From Vicugna vicugna (taxonomy: Eukaryota): a stretch of DNA of 64,000 bases. Where the stretch lies: assembly GCA_013265495.1 (NCBI GenBank), contig MU061633.1, forward strand, positions 525,726 through 589,725, in the 5' to 3' direction. Made by a program: the position numbers and the translations under genes. Under the pieces are notes generated by a model, which saw only the letters and a list, made by a program, of their open reading frames with translations, searched no databases and was not told the origin of the DNA. Below, in pieces: positions 25,271-36,636 of this stretch. Positions within the stretch are counted from its first letter, which is position 1. Each line of letters begins with the position of its first letter.

Positions 25271-25999
25271 CTTCCCAGGCACATCTGTGCCTAAAATTGA
25301 ACTAAAATGTTCACTTTTTATTTTGTCATTGGACATAAATTTTCTTTTCAGACCACTATGATTGTCAGTGTTTGGGCCATTTTCTGAAAGTCTCTAAAAT
25401 GATACACCTTCTGCAGGTGTATTGTAAACTGACTAGTAATCTCCACGATCCAGTAGACAGCAGGAGTGTAACAGGACATTTTTAGAGGCCAGCTCAGAAC
25501 CCTGGCTTCATTCACACAGTGACTACTCTAATTAAAAAACCTTCAAAAATAGCTAACTGACCCTCTTCTGACAATTCATTTTTCAAGAAATATTTTACAT
25601 TTTAATTTTTTCCTTTGGAATCTGATCCAATTAAGCATGTGAGGATGGGTGGGGATTGCATTTAGCTTTGGTTAAGATTACATCTAATTTTGCAAATAAA
25701 GACCTGAACACTAGCAAATCTGCACAGAAACATGCAAATGAGATACCCAAAGGCTGGTGCTCATAATAAACCAAATAACAGGTTTTGAAACTTGAAAACC
25801 TGCTGTCTTCAGGTGATGTGAAGAAACACATCTTGAAAGCTGAAGAAATGGGCAAATTGAGTGAAGACATGGCAGACTCCCTTGCTTGAGCTGTGTAGTT
25901 TTTAAAAATGAAAAAAGCACAGTGAAGACAAAAAAACTTCTATGATTTTGGATTCAGCAGTTGCTTTTGAAAATGATGCATAATTCGTTAAAAAAATCA

Positions 26000-26570
26000 A
26001 ATTCAAAAACTGATCACAAAGTCTCCACAAATACAGAAGAAACAATATCTTTTGGGCAACATTCTCTATCATAATGAAATACATTGCCAGAAAGCAACAG
26101 AAAGCTGCATTTGGAAACAGACAAAACAATAAAAAAGCACTTGAAAATAATTTCTTGGAACAAAAAACCAATACTCTACTGGAACACAAATATTTACAAG
26201 TAATTAGAAATCAGTGAAATGAAAGAATTAAGTATGAAAATTCGTGGGATAAGCTAAAATATACAGAAAATGTGTAGTCTCAATGCATACATGGGAAAGT
26301 AAAGAAGGTTGAATATTAGCAAGCTAAGCATTGTGCAAAGTTACAATGACGACCCATGAAAGTAACAAAATAAGGCCAAAGAAGGCACAAGGAAGGAAAT
26401 AGCAAAACAATGAACAGAAACTAATTACAAAGGAAACAATCATAAGAGGTGATCAACTAAGCCAAAGCCTAGACTTTGGGAAGATTATTAACGTAGACAT
26501 TTTGGGGAAAATTCAATAAGCAAAAAGGAGAGAAATGGCAAACAATGTAAGAACTCAAACAAGGGAGATG
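26000..26570 (+). mobile_element. Old LINE-1 ORF2 fragment (post-endonuclease region)
   Basis: aaaattcgtgggataagctaaaa...tagtctcaatgcatacatgggaaag...aaggaaggaaatagcaaaa. Confidence 0.7.
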
Positions 26571-26879
26571 AGGTATAGTTCAGTTTGCTGTACTTCATCA
26601 GACCAGGTAGTGGCGAGTGGATTACAGTTTAAAATGAAATGAGAAAAGGTTTGAGGAAAGAGCTTAAAGAAGTGGATCAGTGTCTCTTAGAGGCGGAACT
26701 GAGTTGGTAACATTTGGAGAACAAGTTCATTGCCAGCACTTACTGTCCAGGACTCACACATCCTAAGTAGGATGCCTTCTTGCTTGACATCCAGGAAATG
26801 CAGAAATTAGGACTTAAAATATATGCATTGTTTAACCCACCCTTTGGTCTTTGGCTAAAGTCTCAAGTCTGTATCATCT

Positions 26880-27200
26880 CCACAAGGGTCTGTAGACCTC
26901 CCTCTGGCCTGTCTCTTCACTCACCTTATACCACTTCCCCTGAGATTCTCTTCCCTCCAGCCAGCTGGAATTGAGTTCAATTTTTCACCTGAGCCAGGCC
27001 CTCTCCTGCCTCAGGGCTTTGGCACAACTTTTCCCTCTTCTGAAACACTCTGTTTGCTTCTCGACATAGCTGACAATTCCTCGTCCTTAAACATCACTTT
27101 CTTAGGGAGGTTTTACTTGAAGTTTAAAATTAGACGAGGGTCCCCTGTCATAGGAACCCACTGTGTAAGAGTAGGTACATCAGACAGCTCCGATTTATGT
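26880..27200 (+). mobile_element. L2 3' fragment
   Basis: cctgcctcagggctttggcacaac...ctcgtccttaaacatcactttcttagggagg. Confidence 0.6.
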
Positions 27201-28044
27201 TCAACACAGATCCTCTGTCCTCACCTGTCTCCAGGGCCATTGGTCACTTGTTCTGAATCCTGCACCTCTGTGGTCACAAGCTCCAAATGTACTTCCAGCT
27301 GTCCTACTCATTGAATTCCAAGCAGCCAATGAGAAGCAGCCTCATTTCATGGGCCGACCACCACCTACAGCCACAGCCTAGGGACTCTGGGTCCATAGCA
27401 GGACTGAAATAAGCCTCACCCAGAGGGCGATTCCTTGGGCTCCCCCAGCAGCTGCTGAAAAGACCAGGTGATAATCCAGAAGTTCAAGAGCATCAACTCC
27501 TCTGGGATGAAAGTTGGCTAGTAGGAGACGGGAGGGAACAACCTTAAAAATTCCCTCCCATCTTTTCCATCCCCCCACCCCAGGCAAGACTGCTGCAATG
27601 AACTGTTGCCTCCGACTCTGTGGATCTGTCTCGGGAATAAAAGCAAGCAGCTTGTCAGGAGCTGTACGCAGCTCTTCTATTTTTTAGACAACCAGGCTAA
27701 AACAGCAGGAGTTTAATAGGGGCTAAGCGATCAATTTTGTTGCATTTAAAAACCTCTCAGATACTGAAATCCACAGCTTAGAAGTCCCCTATCTGGATCC
27801 TCCCTACACACACCCCAGCTCGGGGGGGATGTCTTCAGTGACAAAGGATTTTCTCACCTGGGTCCTATCAGAGAGACCCTCTGTCGAGACGTCCCCCAGC
27901 GGACACTCTTTCCCTTGCTTTATTTTTCCCTATTTCTTAACCTGTATTTGAAAATATGTTCATTATGTATTTGTCCATGTTTACTCCCAGATTTAAAACT
28001 TCATGGGTTCATGACTGTTCTCCTTTGTACATTATGTATTATAC

Positions 28045-28200
28045 ATGTAATATTTCATTTAATTCTCCAAACAAATTTGTAAAGAATGCACTATTTTTAC
28101 CTCTGTTTTACAAATGAGGGAACTGGGGCATAGAGGAGTCAAGAAATTTACTCTAAAGGTCACATAGCGAGGCAACAATATACTGAAGATTTTTAACCAC
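28045..28200 (-). mobile_element. MIR SINE
   Basis: tttcatttaattctccaaac...ttttacaaatgagggaactggggcatagagg...aaggtcacatagc. Confidence 0.8.
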
Positions 28201-28654
28201 TATTATCTACCAGGAGGTCATGTAAGCCAGCAGAGTGGACAAGATCCCCAGGAAGGTGCATAAGGTGGGGATCCACTAGCGCTGGGGTTAAATGTGGGAG
28301 GCACCAACATTACAGAGGCGAGCCCAGATCAGGTGGCTGCAGGAATCACTGAGCGGGTTTCCCTTTCAGTGACTGAGAATGTAACCAAAAAGTTTTGGCC
28401 CTCTTATCTTTCCCTGCGCTAATGCTGAGTGTACTCATTATGACGTCCATGGATGACCTGAGGTTCTGCTTTCTAAAATGGGCTACAGAGGGCACAGAGC
28501 CACTGGCACTGGCAGTTGATGGCCTCCTCTCCACTCAGCTTGGCCTGAACTGCAGTCAGATCCATGCATGTGCTGCAAGGGTCTCTCCTTTTATGGATTT
28601 CCAAGGATGAACAAACAAGTCACGGAGTTGATATTCATAAACTGTATGCACATA

Positions 28655-29079
28655 CAAATTAGTTTTCTAAGGCCAACAGAGCAAAGCACCACAAAACGAG
28701 TGATCTAAAGAACAGAAATTTATTGCTTACCAGTTCTGGAGGCTAGAAGTCCGAGATTTCAGTATCTCGGGGCCATGTTCCTCCGAGGGTTTTGTTCCTG
28801 TATCTCCTTTAGTTTATGGTCGTTCCTTGGCTTGTGGCAGCATAACTCGAATCTTCACCTGGAATTCTCTCTTTGCATGGTCTTAGTTCCAAAATTCCCT
28901 TCTGTAAGGACATCATTCAGATCAGATTAGGGATCTAAACTGTTCTTTCTAGTATGACGTCATCTTAACCAATTATACCCGCAATGACCCTATTTCCAAA
29001 TGAGGTCACATTCCAAGGTATTTATTGGTGGTTAGGACTTCAGCATGAATTTCAGAAGGACAAATTTCAACCCATAACA
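28655..29079 (-). mobile_element. MLT1B/C-type MaLR LTR
   Basis: cagttctggaggctagaagtccgagat...tgaccctatttccaaatgaggtcacattcc...caacccataaca. Confidence 0.9.
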
Positions 29080-29174
29080 ACAACTATTTTGCCCCATGTG
29101 TCTAAAGGGTCATTCCTATTTAGGCATCCATCCCTTCCTCTCTTTCCATCACTGATACCAGCATTGGGAGCCAT

Positions 29175-29402
29175 ATGCCATAAGAGCTAAGGCCATGGGT
29201 TCTGGGTCCAGATTGCCTGGGTTCAAAACCAAGCTCCACCACCTATCAGCCGTACAATTTTAGGCAAGCTACTTTCCCTCTCTGTGCTCAACTTCCTCAC
29301 TTATAAACTTGGGCAATAATTTCATTGGGTTTTTATGATCAAGAAGGGATAAGTCAGAAAGCATGAAGCATTAAAGCACCTGGTCCATAGCTCTGAATAA
29401 GT
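29175..29402 (+). mobile_element. MIR SINE
   Basis: tgggttctgggtccagattgcctgggttcaaaaccaagctccaccacct. Confidence 0.8.
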
Positions 29403-30414
29403 TTTCTCTCACTACTGTGAATACACCACCTTGCTTTCAGGTGCGATTTTAATTTCCAAAGCATGTCTTCATATCTAACATCATTTTGTCAACATAGAAT
29501 CCCATGACTTAGGCCAGAATTTTTCATTCTCATATCCTATGTGTGAAGGCACAGAAGTGCAGAAAAACAAAGTGCCTTGTTCAAGAAAACCAAGTAGGCA
29601 ACAGCAACACAGTACTAGACCCCAGGTGATGTGATTGTCAGCCCTGTTATCTTTGACACCAATTTGCATGGTTCAGTAGATTAAATTTAAATATTAAAAT
29701 TCCATGTAAAACCTCTCAATTGACCATGACATGAAGCATACACTTAAGACCAGTCAAAATGTGAGCCCAGAGAATCCCATGACAGTACCACGATTTATAG
29801 ACAGGTGCCACTGCATCTTTTCTTTGGCATTCCAACCCTCTTTTTTAGGCTCTGTGGTGCCTTTGTTAAACTTGTCTATAATATGTTATTCCTGAAACTT
29901 TTAGAAGGAGAGTGATTGAAAATTGCACCAGTTGCTCAGGCCTGTTGGAAATTATAAGAGGAAAAAATGATGTCATTATGTTAGTTTTTGAAATTCACCC
30001 AGAAATAAAATGATTCCTTTTTTTCCTCCTTTAAGCCTTTCAACATGGACAACATGAGCGGCTGAGCTGGAAATTGCTCTGCATTTACAATCAGAACTCC
30101 TGTGGTGCCCCAGGAATCCAATTATGGTTGGGAAATCATATAACAATATGGGAACCTATCCTGATCAAAACGGTATTTTACTAAGTTCACTGAAGATTAA
30201 GACTGAATAATGCTGAAGTGTGATCCTCCATTATGCATTCAGTTCTAAGGAAAGAGGTGCCTCTTTGCTAGATACTTGCAATTTTTCTCACCCCAGAAAT
30301 ATTGAAATGAACCTTCTGAGGCTCCTGGAAAATGCAGTTCTAAACATGGATAAACAAGATGGGATGACTACATACAGGTTCTTTGCCAAAGTAATCTTTT
30401 TGCCATTTTAAAAG

Positions 30415-30600
30415 TATGAGGAGGTGATATGGGGCAGTGGGGAAAAGTGACTGACCCAGGATGCCTGGGTTCAAGTCCTCACTCTGTGTCTCTTTTATTA
30501 CCATCTAACTCTGAGCATGGAACAACCCCTTCCTGGGCCTAGCTCCCTCCCTGTTAACGGTGTGATGGCACAGCGAGGTAACGAACAGCACCCCTGCAGA
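30415..30600 (+). mobile_element. MIR SINE
   Basis: ggatgcctgggttcaagtcctcactctg...cctgggcctagctccctccctgtta. Confidence 0.55.
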
Positions 30601-30812
30601 TCTGTGATTTAATGGTTCTATCATTCTGGGAATAAAGTAGTAAAATTATTAGTAAGCATTTTTCGTTTTGGGATTTCTAAACCTATACAATTTAAACCAA
30701 CCAACTAACAAAAAGGCTCATGTACAACTAGCAGATTTCATTTTTTCCAAATAAAGATATTTAAAAAAAATACTCCCAGCTACAAAAGCCATAATTAAAA
30801 TACGTAAAAGAC

Positions 30813-31015
30813 GGGATTTCAAAATTGTAGAATAGATAAACAAGATTCTACTGTAAAGCACAGGGAAATATACACAAGATCTTATGGTAGCTCACAGAGA
30901 AAAAAATGTGACAATCAATATATATGTGTTCATGTATAACTGAAAAATTGTGCTCTACACTGGAATTTGACACAACATTGTAAAATGATTATAAATCAAT
31001 AAAAAATGTTAAAAA
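30813..31015 (+). mobile_element. 5'-truncated young L1 (camelid-type 3' UTR) with TSD
   Basis: Same family as 183-386; AATAAA at 30998-31003; TSD aaaatacgtaaaaga (30797-30811) / aaaatacataaacga (31016-31030); TT/AAAA endonuclease site. Confidence 0.92.
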
Positions 31016-31324
31016 AAAATACATAAACGAAAGGGCAATTTAGGACCAAAACTCACAAATCAGGAAAGCCAATCTCCAATAATGAAAAGATGATTGATAA
31101 ATTTATGGCAACTATAGCACACACACGTACAAGTGCACACACATAATTGTCCATATTTTTCTCGTTTTGCAAGGTCCGGTGAGTATTTTATCATGAAGTA
31201 AAATTTGTGAACCTTTAGGAAGTAAGATGAGTAGAAGTAAAACTGACAAATATATCAGAGCAGTTTCATTCAAATAGTATTCTAGGAAAATGTAGGCTTA
31301 ACCAATTTGCCTTGCGCACATGTG

Positions 31325-31346
31325 CACACACACACACACACACACA
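31325..31346. repeat. (CA)11 microsatellite
   Basis: Counted directly. Confidence 0.95.
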
Positions 31347-31916
31347 TAATTTTAGGTACATAAAAATCATAGTTTGGGAATATTTGGGGAGAAAATCAAC
31401 TAGGAAGGAATGGTGCAAAGTGAAGCTGGTCTAGGATGTTCAGTCCCCACTCCTCCAATATGATCTCGTGACACACGGAGGTGCACGCACACATCTAACT
31501 TGGGCAGCAACCTACATGGAATGAAAACAGGTACCAATGGAAGGGGAAAGATTTTTGTTCTTCTTTATACTTTTGCAGAAATATATAAATCCAAGTGTGT
31601 TTGAGAATTTAGGATGAAGTTCTAATCTGGGGCTTCTTGAACTAATTCCAGTTAAGATTAGCTAAGTTAATAAAACTTGTATTTCTAAAAGCCCAATGCC
31701 TCATTTCCTCACTGCCAGTTAACATCAGGGAAAGGGTGGAAGCGCGCAATTCTGATGCCTGATTTGAGCCAGAGTTCTCTGGGCCCCTAGTAAGAGAAGT
31801 GGCCTTCTCTGCCTCTCCTCTCCCGGAGGGTGACATCTGTGCAGGTGGAGGAGTAGATCCAGAAGTCTATAGGAAGTCGTGTCATACACCTTTTAGAAAG
31901 GCAGTTTGCCCTTGAA

Positions 31917-32340
31917 CTCATTCATTTATTCAGCATTATCTACTTGGCAGACTGGGTGGCAGGCTTGATTCCAGGCACTGGAATAGATATAGTGATAAAT
32001 AAATCAGGGTCCTGCCTTTCTCAAGCTTTGAGCGACTTGGAGAGAGCACCAATTAACCTATAATTACAAGGCAGAGTGAGAAATTATCATATCAGCAAGG
32101 AAATTAACTTTGAGAGTGTATGATTCAGATTATATTTTTGCCTGCGGTGGTGATAGTGGAATGGCGGTAGTGCTCCAGGCAGAGGGAAGATTATGTGTAA
32201 AGTTGTTGATGATCAGTCATGTATGGAATATTCCAAGAATAATAAATATTGCAGCCTGACAGATGCATTAAATATTATTCTTGCAGGGGAAGGCAGGAGT
32301 CAAGCGAAGAATACAGATCTGAAAGGAAGAGATGGCATTT
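31917..32340 (-). mobile_element. L2 3' region
   Basis: ctcattcatttattcagc...ccaggcactggaatagatatagtgataaataaatcagggtcctgcctttc. Confidence 0.7.
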
Positions 32341-35279
32341 TTTATGAATTGCTAACACGGTATGGTTTAGGGGCAGGACAGGTGGATTTCCCCCAAAATG
32401 GTGACACCTTCTGCTACAGAGTCAGACATTTCCAACAGAGAGCCCTCTCTATGTGTGCTGTCAGAACCACTCATCCCGGGGGCCTCATTCCACCAGCTTT
32501 GAGGCTTTCGGAGGCTGATTCATCCCAGATTGGCAGGCACCACTTAACCCAAGATCTGATCGTCCACTCTAACTACGGTGGAGACGCTTTGTGGTTCTCC
32601 ATTGTTCTGTGTTAGAGTTCCTGGTAAATTCTAAACCATGGCTAATTTTGTCTTTGTTTATGTGTTTTGTTTTTCTCATGTGCTAGCATCTGGGATCTAA
32701 ATAGTCCTCAGCGCACTTATTTCTATGAGATTTTGAGTAGAGTCTTACTGTGTTATATCCCATCCAATCTCTGCTGGACCCTGAAGATGTGCCAGGGGCA
32801 TGTACAGAAGTAGAAACCTCCTTGCCATGGAATGTTTCAGTATAAACTGGGCATCTCATGGATGACCTTCAAAACCATTCCTCCTCTCTCTCATCACCAT
32901 CTCAGCAGTTAAGAATCACCGCCAGGAGGACCGCATAGGAATTAAAGCCAAACATGGAAGTTTTCTAGGGCTTGGTATGGGCATTCTCTTGTCCTTGTTT
33001 AAACAACCCTCTCTGGTCACAGAATCTGGATTTGCCACTTTAAATTCAAAATTCAACACACAAGTCATTTTGACAACATCCCTGATGGGTTGTCATGCTT
33101 GTCTGAACACCTTTACAAACTCTGAGCTCACTGTTTCAGAAAGGAACTTAGCAGTGCTGGTGCACTCAGCACCACAAGTTAGCACTAATCTGTAACAGCT
33201 ACTTATATTCAAATAAAATCTGCTTTCCAATAACTCTTACCCTACCTCTTACTTCTTAAGCAACACAGAAAAAAGTTATCTCCCCTCTTCCACGTAACAT
33301 CATTTTATTTGAAATTTAACCACGAAGAAGGTAGTTATGTCTGGAGAGGTTAAAAGGTACACACAAGTTTACACAAAATGTCCAAATTCTCAGAATACCC
33401 AATACTCTTATTTTTAAAAAGAGGGCAATTATTTTAAAACTTCACAGTATGATTTTATAATTAGTTCCTAAAGATCTATTGAAGCGACAGGAACCTCTAC
33501 TTCTACATTAAATGATTTCAGAACACCACTCTTTTTGAGGTTGGTTTTTTTTTTCTTAATTTTTTTTTAAGCAGTATTATCTGTTTCTTTTCTTGCTAAC
33601 AATTTCCAGTTTTCCCGATTTTAGTGTGCTTCTCTGGGGCAACTTCCTTACATTTATCGCCATCTTTACCCTGGAGTGATTTATTTGCAAAGTAAGCAAA
33701 ATAAGCAGTGTAAGAGTCAGTAGGCTTTGAGTGGCACCGGTCAGTGGAAATGGAGAGGCAGCTGGCAATAGGCTGCACATTTTAACTTTTAAAAGCTGTT
33801 TCTCTGTTCTAACATCCTATTAATTATGCTCTGGCATCACTCATATGGCCTTTCATTCATTTAATAGCAATTATGCTCTGAGTGTTTTGAGTGTTCAAGG
33901 TGATGTATCCAATGAGATGGGCAGTTGCAGATGCGTTGAGAGTCACAGAGGGCCTATTTTAGTAAGTAGGCCAAGTAATTTTCCCTCTTCAAGGATTCTG
34001 AGTACCTTTCAGCAGTCCCTTAAACTCCCCCTGCTGGTCTGCAGCCTGTAATATCTTACAAGCTCACTACAGGCAGCGTGAAATTTCACAGTATCCCATT
34101 GAATCCGACTCTGCGCCAAGTAGGTTCTATTTTAATGCGTGAAGAATATCCTCTAGTTCAAGCATTTGGTTTTACTCGTGGGGGCCAATGAACTCATTTG
34201 AGGATATCATACAAATAACAAACTCTTTTCTTCAAAAGAACTGAAAAAAAAAAAAGAGTGTTGTATTGCTATATTTGGATTCATAGATTTCTGAAGCCCA
34301 GCCATGAACTTCTTAACACCTTTAGACTCAGACTAAGTACTCTGACTTAGGAGAGTCCTGTAACCTTGACATACACAATCCAGCTCCATGCTGGAAAGGA
34401 CCTTTTTACTGACCCCCGAGGTTCCCCAAATGGGTGGCTGGCTCTGGCCAGGTGCTTCCCCAGGAGTATCCCCGCAGCAGGAATTTGACGTCCTGCTCCC
34501 AGTGGTCTGATTCCTGAGAGCCTTGAGGCTACCCTGCCAAACTGAGTATCTCATACCTGTGTGCACTGTATGTGTGTGTGTATCTTTATCCATGGCTGTA
34601 CCTAACCTTCTGGGCCGGACATCCGGGACAGATCTATCTACCATACGTACAGCAACGTCGACTCCCGACCCCCTACGTATATTCTCAACAACAACACAAA
34701 TTGTTCAGCTGTCGTGGGAATGGCTACTGCTTGGCCCAGTCTCCAATAAGAGAATGCGATAAATACTCACTTTCCACAGGGGAGAGAGGAAATGGAAATG
34801 AGGGTGAAGCCAGGCGAGGAAATGCAAGGGGGAACATCAGGAAGAGCAAGGAAGATCTTCACGTCTCCAGCAGTCCCTGGATGCATGTCTCTCTGGATTG
34901 GCCAATGAAGTGGATTCTGGACTTCGGGAGGTCCCTGGAGTATCTGTGGCTGTCCTACAAGCTCCAGCTGGCCACACAACCACAATCATCCCCACCAGTA
35001 GTCAGGCTGATGTAGATACTCACATCCTGGTGGCATCAAACTACAGTGAAAAGAAGGAACTTGGAGAGCACAGAAGGCCACGCAGAAGTCCTGACCAGCC
35101 AGCTGTGTGGGCCTGCCTTGCTTCTCACCTTAACCTCCTCAAAATAAAACGATGCGTCAAATTCATATTTTGAAATTCATATTTTGTATTGTGACGAGGT
35201 TTTTCTGTATTGATCTTACTAACAGGCATCCCACGGACCATCATAACCACCTGATATGTCCCAGACCCTTAATTAGTTC

Positions 35280-35545
35280 TTCCATTGATCTCAAGCCTCG
35301 TGATCCTCATTTCTTGGTCTAGAATTTAAATCAAGAAGCTGAGACTCTGAAGGTCAAGTGGTTTTTCCAAGGCCACGCAATCAGGCAGTGCCAGACCTGT
35401 GATTTCTCCCATCCAAGTACTAACCAGGCCTGACCCTGCTTAGCTTCCGAGATCAGACGAGATCGGGCGCGTTCAGGGTGGTACGGCCTTAGACCAAACC
35501 CCTGATTTGGATCCAGATCTGGTTTCCAAAGACCAAGGAGCTTTT
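35280..35545 (-). mobile_element. MIR SINE interrupted by a 5S pseudogene
   Basis: aagctgagactctgaaggtcaagtggtttttccaaggccacgca...[5S]...gatttggatccagatctggtttccaaagacc. Confidence 0.75.
35405..35494 (-). pseudogene. 5S rRNA retropseudogene, nt 1-90, 3'-truncated, no poly(A)
   Basis: Reverse complement GTCTAAGGCCGTACCACCCTGAACGCGCCCGATCTCGTCTGATCTCGGAAGCTAAGCAGGGTCAGGCCTGGTTAGTACTTGGATGGGAGA; 87/90 identical to mammalian 5S (C6A, A11G, G64A). Confidence 0.97.
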
Positions 35546-36636
35546 CTCTTCAGCCATGATGCACATTTTGCCAACTACGTTTTTTTAGGTTAAGGAATGA
35601 CTCATTCTCTGAGTCCTTAGTCCTGCTCATGTAGTAAGTGCTCACTAAACACCGATGGAACCGAATCTGAGTTGCAGAGCGAGAATCCCGATTTCTTACC
35701 TGGGCTGCTGGTGAAAACCCACAGCTGGCAATAACAGTGTGTATTTGATTCCCTGCTGTCCTTGTATGAACCCAGGGTTTGTTTCCCAGGGTCTCTGGAA
35801 GCCTGGTCTCAGGAAAAGCCTGGAGCACAGGCATTTTTACAAGCGTTCTACAGCCTGCTAAATCCTAGGGGGAAAAATGTTCGGAGCTAAATTTTGCTAT
35901 TGGAGGAGGCAGTCTTGAGCTCTGAGGGTTTAATTACTTATGCCAAAACAAAAGAGCCACTTTAATAGGATAATTGGTCATGAAAGGGAATTAAATAGAA
36001 TCAAAAGGAAAATGGAAGCCACAGTATTCTCTTGCCTGCTGGAGGAGGAAAGCTAATTGTTTTCCATCTGAAGTTCCCTTTTCGTTGTTTCATCCCAGTT
36101 AATTTTTCAGGTTATTTGAATCACACTGCATACTCATTTTAACTACGTGGGAAGTAAGGTTCTTCTAATTCTGGCTTTAGGAGCTGACTTATTTAACCTG
36201 CTTTGGGTTGAAAATATTGACATCAGTAGATACAGGATAGAAGAAAGGGACAACAGGAATGGTTGTAGTGGCCTCAGTTCTTACATGATAAACTGCTTGT
36301 TGGCCCTGCAAAAATCCACCTTTATAATCATATATTTTAAGGGAAATCTGATTTAGAATAAGGAGAGTATAATTCTGCTCTATTCCACAGCAGCCACAGC
36401 ACATTTAAAATATTACAATTAGCTACTAACAGCTGACATTGTGCGGAGCACTGGCAAATTAGAATGGCTCCCCAGAACAAGCAGGTGACAGACTAGGAAC
36501 TGTTTCGAAAGAGGAAAGGATAATATTCAGGGTCAGCATGTTTGAGAGGGAACAGTCCTTCTCATGCTCCATTGCAAAGAACGTGGCCTGCGGCCGTGTT
36601 TCTGAGGACACCTGAGGACCACATGCTAGGCCTTAA

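Noticed and set aside
32193-32615. 140-aa ORF
   Set aside because: Starts in an antisense L2 fragment; no recognisable protein or splice structure.
34600-34700. Possible NUMT (loose resemblance to a COX1 stretch)
   Set aside because: The similarity is patchy and needs several indels. A NUMT young enough to keep its CpGs should be near-identical to mtDNA.
34572-35015. 147-aa ORF (and neighbours 34333-34644, 34523-34762, 34898-35173) as protein-coding
   Set aside because: No recognisable homology or domain. Overlapping ORFs on both strands are expected in GC-richer, stop-poor DNA. The region is kept only as a non-coding lead.
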